A DNA stretch of 64,000 nt, taken from Abditibacterium sp. Its GTDB lineage: Bacteria > Armatimonadota > Abditibacteriia > Abditibacteriales > Abditibacteriaceae. The notes under the pieces were generated by a model. The model worked only from the letters and a program-made list of their open reading frames with translations. It searched no databases and was not told where the DNA came from. The translations under genes were made by a program, and so were the position numbers. This document shows, in pieces, positions 58,915 through 64,000 of this stretch. Each line of letters opens with the position of its first letter. Position 1 is the first letter of the stretch. The stretch lies in assembly GCA_965199495.1 (NCBI GenBank), contig CBDASK010000003.1, positions 2,528,001 through 2,592,000 of the forward strand. Direction: 5' to 3'.

Positions 58915-59078
58915 ATTTTAGCCACAGAGGGCACAGAGAACACACAGAGGGGCACAGAAAAGAACGAAGAAATTAAAATGGAGAAGAACCATTATTTATG
59001 GTTTTGCCTTTCCGTTTTAATTTCTTCGTTCTTTTCTGTGCCCCTCTGTGTGTTCTCTGTGCCCTCTGTGGCTGAATT
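58915..59078. repeat. Long palindromic element, CACAGAG family, copy 5
   Basis: About 63-bp arms AGCCACAGAGGGCACAGAGAACACACAGAGGGGCACAGAAAAGAACGAAGAAATTAAAA; begins just after the sucB stop. Confidence 0.95.
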
Positions 59079-59083
59079 TGCGT

Positions 59084-60373
59084 CTAAACTTCCAGCAACA
59101 TTCGGTTTGGATTTTCGATGCAATCGGCCAAACGTTTCAAGAACGAGACGGCTTCGCGGCCATCCACAATGCGATGATCGTAAGTCAAGGCCAGATACAT
59201 CATCGGCGCAATGACGACTTGGCCGTTGCGCGCGACCGGGCGTTCCTGAATCGAGTGCATACCCAAAATGCCCGACTGCGGCGCGTTGACGATGGGCGTT
59301 GACAAAAGCGAACCGTAGATGCCGCCGTTGGTAATGGTGAAAGTTCCGCCAGAAAGTTCGTCGGGCGAGATTTTGCCGGTTTTGACTTTACCCGCGAAAT
59401 CGGCAATCGCCAACTCGATTTCGGCGAAACTCATGCGCTCGGCGTGCTTGAGAACCGGCACAACCAAGGCTTTGCCGCCGCCAATCGCCACGCCGATGTC
59501 GTAGTGATTGCGATAGACAATCGAGTCGCCCTGAATTTCGGCGTTAATGGCCGGATAGGCTTTGAGCGCGTCAATCGCCGCTTTGACGAAGAACGACATG
59601 AAGCCCAACTTGATGCCGTATTTTTTGGTGAACGCGTCCTGATGTTCCTTGCGCAATTGCATAACGGCGCTCATGTCGGCTTCGTTGAACGTCGTCAAAA
59701 GCGCGGCGGTTTGCTGCGCCTCGACCAAACGTTGCGCGATTTTGCGGCGAAGCGGCGTCATACGCACGACTTCCTCGTCTTCGCCCGCTTCAACCGGAGC
59801 CGATGGCGCGGCGGGCATCGGCGTCGCTTTGGATTCGGTCGGCGTGGCTGATGTTGGTGCGGGCGCCGATTTCTTCGCTTCGACCGCGTTTTGCACGTCC
59901 GATTTCAGCAAACGTCCGCCGGGGCCAGTGGCAGCCACGTCGCCCGCCTTCATGTTGTTTTGCGCCAATTCGCGCGCGGCGGCGGGCATCACGCGCGCGT
60001 CTTCGTCACCCGATTGCGGCGGATGCGTGCCGATTTCCATGCCGTTGGCGCCCGCGCCGGGCGTGTCGAGATTGCCTTCGGGCTTTGCTTCGACTTTGCC
60101 TTCAGTTTTGGCGCCCGAACCGTTGGAGGTGCCTGAACCTTCTTCCAAAATGGCGACGACTTCGCCAATAGCGACGACATCACCCTGCTTTTTGAGAATT
60201 TTGCCGATGACGCCGCTCGAAGGCGCGGGCAGTTCGACCGTCGCTTTGTCACTTTCGAGCATCACGACGATTTCATCGGTCGAGACAGCATCGCCCTCGT
60301 TTTTGAGCCATTCGCCCATTTCGACTTCGGAGACCGATTCGCCAACCGACGGAATTTTAATTTCTACGGACAT
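59084..60373 (-). CDS. sucB: 2-oxoglutarate dehydrogenase E2 (dihydrolipoamide succinyltransferase)
   Basis: Lipoyl [40 protein letters not shown]. Confidence 0.97.
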   Translation of the reverse strand: MSVEIKIPSVGESVSEVEMGEWLKNEGDAVSTDEIVVMLESDKATVELPAPSSGVIGKILKKQGDVVAIGEVVAILEEGSGTSNGSGAKTEGKVEAKPEGNLDTPGAGANGMEIGTHPPQSGDEDARVMPAAARELAQNNMKAGDVAATGPGGRLLKSDVQNAVEAKKSAPAPTSATPTESKATPMPAAPSAPVEAGEDEEVVRMTPLRRKIAQRLVEAQQTAALLTTFNEADMSAVMQLRKEHQDAFTKKYGIKLGFMSFFVKAAIDALKAYPAINAEIQGDSIVYRNHYDIGVAIGGGKALVVPVLKHAERMSFAEIELAIADFAGKVKTGKISPDELSGGTFTITNGGIYGSLLSTPIVNAPQSGILGMHSIQERPVARNGQVVIAPMMYLALTYDHRIVDGREAVSFLKRLADCIENPNRMLLEV

Positions 60374-60476
60374 GATTGATTGGGTTCACAGTGTGAACGT
60401 TTGCGCGCCCATTTTCAACAGCAAAAGTTAAATTGGTTGATGGTTTGAGCGAGTGAATTTATAACGGGCAAACGGA

Positions 60477-60508
60477 AAAGCCCGACAGAAATTAATCTGC
60501 CGGGCTTT
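60477..60508 (-). terminator. Hairpin between sucA and sucB
   Basis: AAAGCCCGACAGA / TCTGCCGGGCTTT with a short T-run on the minus strand. Confidence 0.55.
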
Positions 60509-60520
60509 CGCGCTCCAATT

Positions 60521-63406
60521 TTATCGCTCGAACGCCGCGTTAATCAGCATTTCCTGTTCCTTGCGATGGCTGGCCGCGCTGCCGGTGGCTGGGCTGGCGC
60601 TACGGGCGCGATAAACGCCGCTCCACTCGAATCGCTTGGTCAAAACGCGCCAAAAACTGGTGTCCATATGGAACCACGCGCCCATATTTTCCGGCTCTTC
60701 CTGCGCCCACACGATTTTGGTGCCGTCGGCGTATGGCGCTAAGGCGCCCATCAATTCGTCGTTGGAGAGCGGATACAACTCTTCGACGCGCAAGATAGCC
60801 ACGTCGTTGGCGCCGCGTTCTTCGCGGGCTTTGTCCAGCTCGTAATAGATTTTGCCGCAACACAGAATCACTTTCGAGATTTCTTTGCCGCTCCGTCCGT
60901 GCGAATCGGGAATGATTTTCTGCCAAGTGCCCGTCGCCAACTCGTCCAGACTCGAAATCACTTCGATGTGGCGCAGCAGACTTTTGGGTGACATTACAAT
61001 TAAGGGTTTGCGCCATTTGCGCAAGACCTGACGGCGCATCAGATGGAACATCTGCGCGGGCGTCGTCGGGTAAACGACCTGAAAATTGTCCTGAGCCGCC
61101 AACAGCAAAAACCGTTCGGGTCGCGCCGACGAATGTTCCGGCCCGGCGCCTTCGTAGCCGTGCGGTAAAAGCATCGTCAGGCCCGACAGATGATTCCATT
61201 TGTCCTCCGCCGACGCGATGAACTGGTCAACGATGACCTGTGCCGTGTTCCAGAAATCACCGAACTGCGCTTCCCAAATCACCAAACCGCCCAGCGCGTC
61301 GAGCGAATAACCGTATTCAAAACCCAAAACGCTGTTTTCCGATAAAGGCGAATTATAAATCCGTAAACGCGCCTGATCCGAAGCCAGATGATGAAGCGGC
61401 ACGTATTCTTCGCCATTGTTCACGTCGTGCAAAACCGCGTGACGATGCGAAAACGTGCCGCGCTCGCTGTCCTGTCCGCTCATGCGAATTGGCACGCCTT
61501 CGGTTGACAGAGTCGCGAAAGCCAAGGCTTCGCCCGCCGACCAATCGAGCGGCGCTTCGCCCTTGGCCATTTGTAGTCGCGCTTTCAGAAGGCGCTCAAT
61601 TTTCGGATGCGGCGTGAAATCTTCGGGGACGGTCGCCAACTGTTCCAGCAACATTTGCAGCCGTTCTTTGGGCACGCCGGTATTGACTTCGGGCGCGTTG
61701 GCGTCCACGCCGCCGATGTAGCCGCCGTGCGTTTTGCGCTCGCGCGTCGGCGCCTCTTCGTGCGCCTGCGAGAGTTCGTTTTCCAAATGCGTGCGGCGGC
61801 GTTCGGCGATGGCGTCGGCCTCTTCGCGCGTGATTTCGCCCATGCCCAATAATCTGTCCAAATAACCTTCGCGCACCGATTGGCGCTTGGAAATCGCCGC
61901 GTAAGTCAACGGTTGCGTGAACGCCGGTTCGTCGCTTTCGTTGTGACCCAGCTTGCGATACGAATACATATCGATCACGGCGTCGCGGCGAAATTTGCGG
62001 CGAAATTCCATCGCGATTTTCACCGTCGCGGCGACGGCTTCGGGGTCTTCGCCGTTGACATGGAAAATCGGGATTTGCAGCATTTTCGCGATGTCGGTGC
62101 AATAATGGCTCGACCGCGCCTCTTTCTGCTCGGTCGTAAAACCGATTTGGTTATTGATCACGACGTGAAGCGCGCCGCCAACCGTGTAGCCGGGCAACTG
62201 GCTCAGATTCAGCGTTTCCTGCACCACGCCTTCGCCGATAAACGCGGCGTCGCCATGAATCAGAATCAGCAAACCGCGTTCGCGCGCGTAATCGTCAATG
62301 CGATCTTCCTTGGCGCGCAAGCGCCCCATCGCGACCGGATTGACGAACTCCAGATGCGACGGGTTGAAACAGAGCGACAAATGAACTTTGCGCCCGGTCG
62401 AAGTCTGATAATCGTTGACGTAACCCAGATGGTATTTCACGTCGCCGCCGCCCAGATGCAAATCCGGGTCTTTGTCCTCGAACTCGCGGAAAATCTCGCG
62501 CGGACTTTTACCGATAATGTTCGCCAACACGTTCAAGCGCCCGCGATGCGCCATGCCGACGACGACTTCCTGAATGCCCTGTTCGCCCGCCGCTTCGATG
62601 GCCAAATCCAAAGTCGGCAGCAGACTTTCCGAGCCTTCGAGCGAGAACGATTTAGCACCGGTGAATTTCCGGCGAATGAACTCCTCGAAAATGACGGCAT
62701 CGCTTAAACGCGTCAAGATGCGAATCTGTTCGGGCCGCGACAATTGCGCACGGTTTTGCGTGGACTCCATGCGCTGTTGCAGCCAGTTGCGCGCTTCGAT
62801 GTCGTCAATGTGGGTGAACTGCACGCCGACGGTGCGCGAATAAGTGTTTTTCAGCCGTTGAATCAGTTCGCGAAGCGGCAACTGTCCAGAATTTTCGAGC
62901 GAGCGGTCGCAGGCGAAAACCCGATCCATGTCGGATTCGCGAAAGCCGTAAAATATCGGTTCGAGTTCGGGAATGACCGGCACTTCCTGAAAACCCAATG
63001 GATCCAAATCGGCGATGAGATGGCCGCGCACGCGATAGTTGCGCACCAGTTGCGTTACCGCTTCTTGACGTTCTTTGGCGGCGGCGGCCAAAGCCGCTTG
63101 CCCGTCGCTGTTAATCGGCGCGACGGGATTGCCGCCGGGATTGAAAATCGAGGTCGTCTCGAATGTCGGGCCGAGTTGCGTCGAACCGTTGGAGCCCGGC
63201 CCGGTCACGTTGTCGAGCGACTCGAAATAACGCCGCCAATCGGGTGGCACGCTGTTGGGGTTGCGTTCGTAATCGGCGTAGATACCCTCGATAAAACCGA
63301 GGTTGGAATTGTTGGGCAGAGTGACTGTGGTAACAGCCACGGCGTCGGCGTGGCTGCTGTCGGCGCCGTTGAGTTCGGCGGAAAGAGTGGAAGTTGTGGA
63401 ATCCAT
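60521..63406 (-). CDS. sucA: 2-oxoglutarate dehydrogenase E1
   Basis: FSLEG, GMAHRGRLNVL, GDVKYHLG, NPSHLE, HGDAAF, WEAQFGDF, LPHGYEG.GPEHSSAR. Confidence 0.97.
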   Translation of the reverse strand: MDSTTSTLSAELNGADSSHADAVAVTTVTLPNNSNLGFIEGIYADYERNPNSVPPDWRRYFESLDNVTGPGSNGSTQLGPTFETTSIFNPGGNPVAPINSDGQAALAAAAKERQEAVTQLVRNYRVRGHLIADLDPLGFQEVPVIPELEPIFYGFRESDMDRVFACDRSLENSGQLPLRELIQRLKNTYSRTVGVQFTHIDDIEARNWLQQRMESTQNRAQLSRPEQIRILTRLSDAVIFEEFIRRKFTGAKSFSLEGSESLLPTLDLAIEAAGEQGIQEVVVGMAHRGRLNVLANIIGKSPREIFREFEDKDPDLHLGGGDVKYHLGYVNDYQTSTGRKVHLSLCFNPSHLEFVNPVAMGRLRAKEDRIDDYARERGLLILIHGDAAFIGEGVVQETLNLSQLPGYTVGGALHVVINNQIGFTTEQKEARSSHYCTDIAKMLQIPIFHVNGEDPEAVAATVKIAMEFRRKFRRDAVIDMYSYRKLGHNESDEPAFTQPLTYAAISKRQSVREGYLDRLLGMGEITREEADAIAERRRTHLENELSQAHEEAPTRERKTHGGYIGGVDANAPEVNTGVPKERLQMLLEQLATVPEDFTPHPKIERLLKARLQMAKGEAPLDWSAGEALAFATLSTEGVPIRMSGQDSERGTFSHRHAVLHDVNNGEEYVPLHHLASDQARLRIYNSPLSENSVLGFEYGYSLDALGGLVIWEAQFGDFWNTAQVIVDQFIASAEDKWNHLSGLTMLLPHGYEGAGPEHSSARPERFLLLAAQDNFQVVYPTTPAQMFHLMRRQVLRKWRKPLIVMSPKSLLRHIEVISSLDELATGTWQKIIPDSHGRSGKEISKVILCCGKIYYELDKAREERGANDVAILRVEELYPLSNDELMGALAPYADGTKIVWAQEEPENMGAWFHMDTSFWRVLTKRFEWSGVYRARSASPATGSAASHRKEQEMLINAAFER

Positions 63407-63612
63407 GAAGCGTCCTGCGGTCGAAATTTTATGCGTTGACCGCGCGGAATGGGGCCGGGTTCATCTTTAATATAAGTCAATAAATCAAGGCCGCAATCGG
63501 TTGTCTATAAGTTATGATAACAAATTGAGAGCAACGGTTCCGCTTTAGCACAACATATCGGAGGCTATTTCGCTCGATTAAAATAAACTCGTTCGATGGC
63601 AAAACAAATATT

Positions 63613-64000
63613 ATGGCGATCCACATTCCCTTTACCGATAATTATCGGGATTTATCCACCGACGAAGGTTTTCAATTTCGCTTCAACTGCGAGCGTTGCG
63701 GCAACGGCTATATGTCGAGTTACCAACGCAATTTGACCGACATGGCGGGCGATGCTCTGCGCGCTGCCAGCAACATTTTCGGCGGCGTTTTCGGGCGCGC
63801 GGCCTCTTCGTCCTACGATATTCAGCGTATGGTCGGCGGCGCCGCTCACGATTCGGCTTTGCGCAAAGCTGTCGAAGAGATCAGTCCGCTCTTTAATCAG
63901 TGTAAGCGTTGCGGCCAATGGGTCTGCAAAGACGTTTGCTGGAACGATGACCGCGACCAGTGCGTGCGTTGCTCGCCCAAAATGGATCACGAAGTTGCCG
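63613..64000 (+). CDS. Zinc-ribbon domain protein, runs off the window end (not in the ORF track)
   Basis: MAIHIPFTDNYRDLSTDEGFQFRFNCERCGNGY...QCKRCGQWVC..CWN....CVRCSP; open to 64000. Confidence 0.85.
   Translation, partial: MAIHIPFTDNYRDLSTDEGFQFRFNCERCGNGYMSSYQRNLTDMAGDALRAASNIFGGVFGRAASSSYDIQRMVGGAAHDSALRKAVEEISPLFNQCKRCGQWVCKDVCWNDDRDQCVRCSPKMDHEVA

Noticed and set aside
924..63356. CGTGGCTG as a Chi or KOPS site
   Set aside because: About equal counts on both strands and inverted pairs; Chi and KOPS should be polarised within a 64-kb window unless it spans ori or ter, for which I see no sign.

Overview
Bacterial chromosomal window with moderately high GC (about 55-60% by eye). Gene content and style suggest an Abditibacterium-like organism (inference only). 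It holds about 60 CDS. Housekeeping genes include ychF, cimA, mqnE, mqnC, glnA, sucA/B/C/D, an acyl-CoA synthetase, hslR and a CpxRA-like two-component pair. Also present are a GtrA/GT4/GT-C/GT2 glycosylation cluster, several glycoside hydrolases and small accessory insertions (an ankyrin gene bounded by an 18-bp direct repeat, a Doc toxin-antitoxin pair plus an Mrr-like fragment, and a nucleotidyltransferase pair). I saw no rRNA, tRNA, CRISPR, integrase or transposase. The most interesting signals are non-coding. (1) A non-palindromic octamer, CGTGGCTG, occurs about 47 times by hand count, equally on both strands, in several reading frames and as inverted pairs at gene ends, like a DNA-uptake sequence. 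(2) Five long palindromes with periodic CACAGAG arms sit at gene 3' ends, alongside heptamer-periodic and GTAG-REP palindromes. (3) A complete leader-peptide attenuator with Ile-Ile codons precedes citramalate synthase. (4) Many genes have a -10 box 6-7 nt before the start codon, suggesting leaderless mRNAs.
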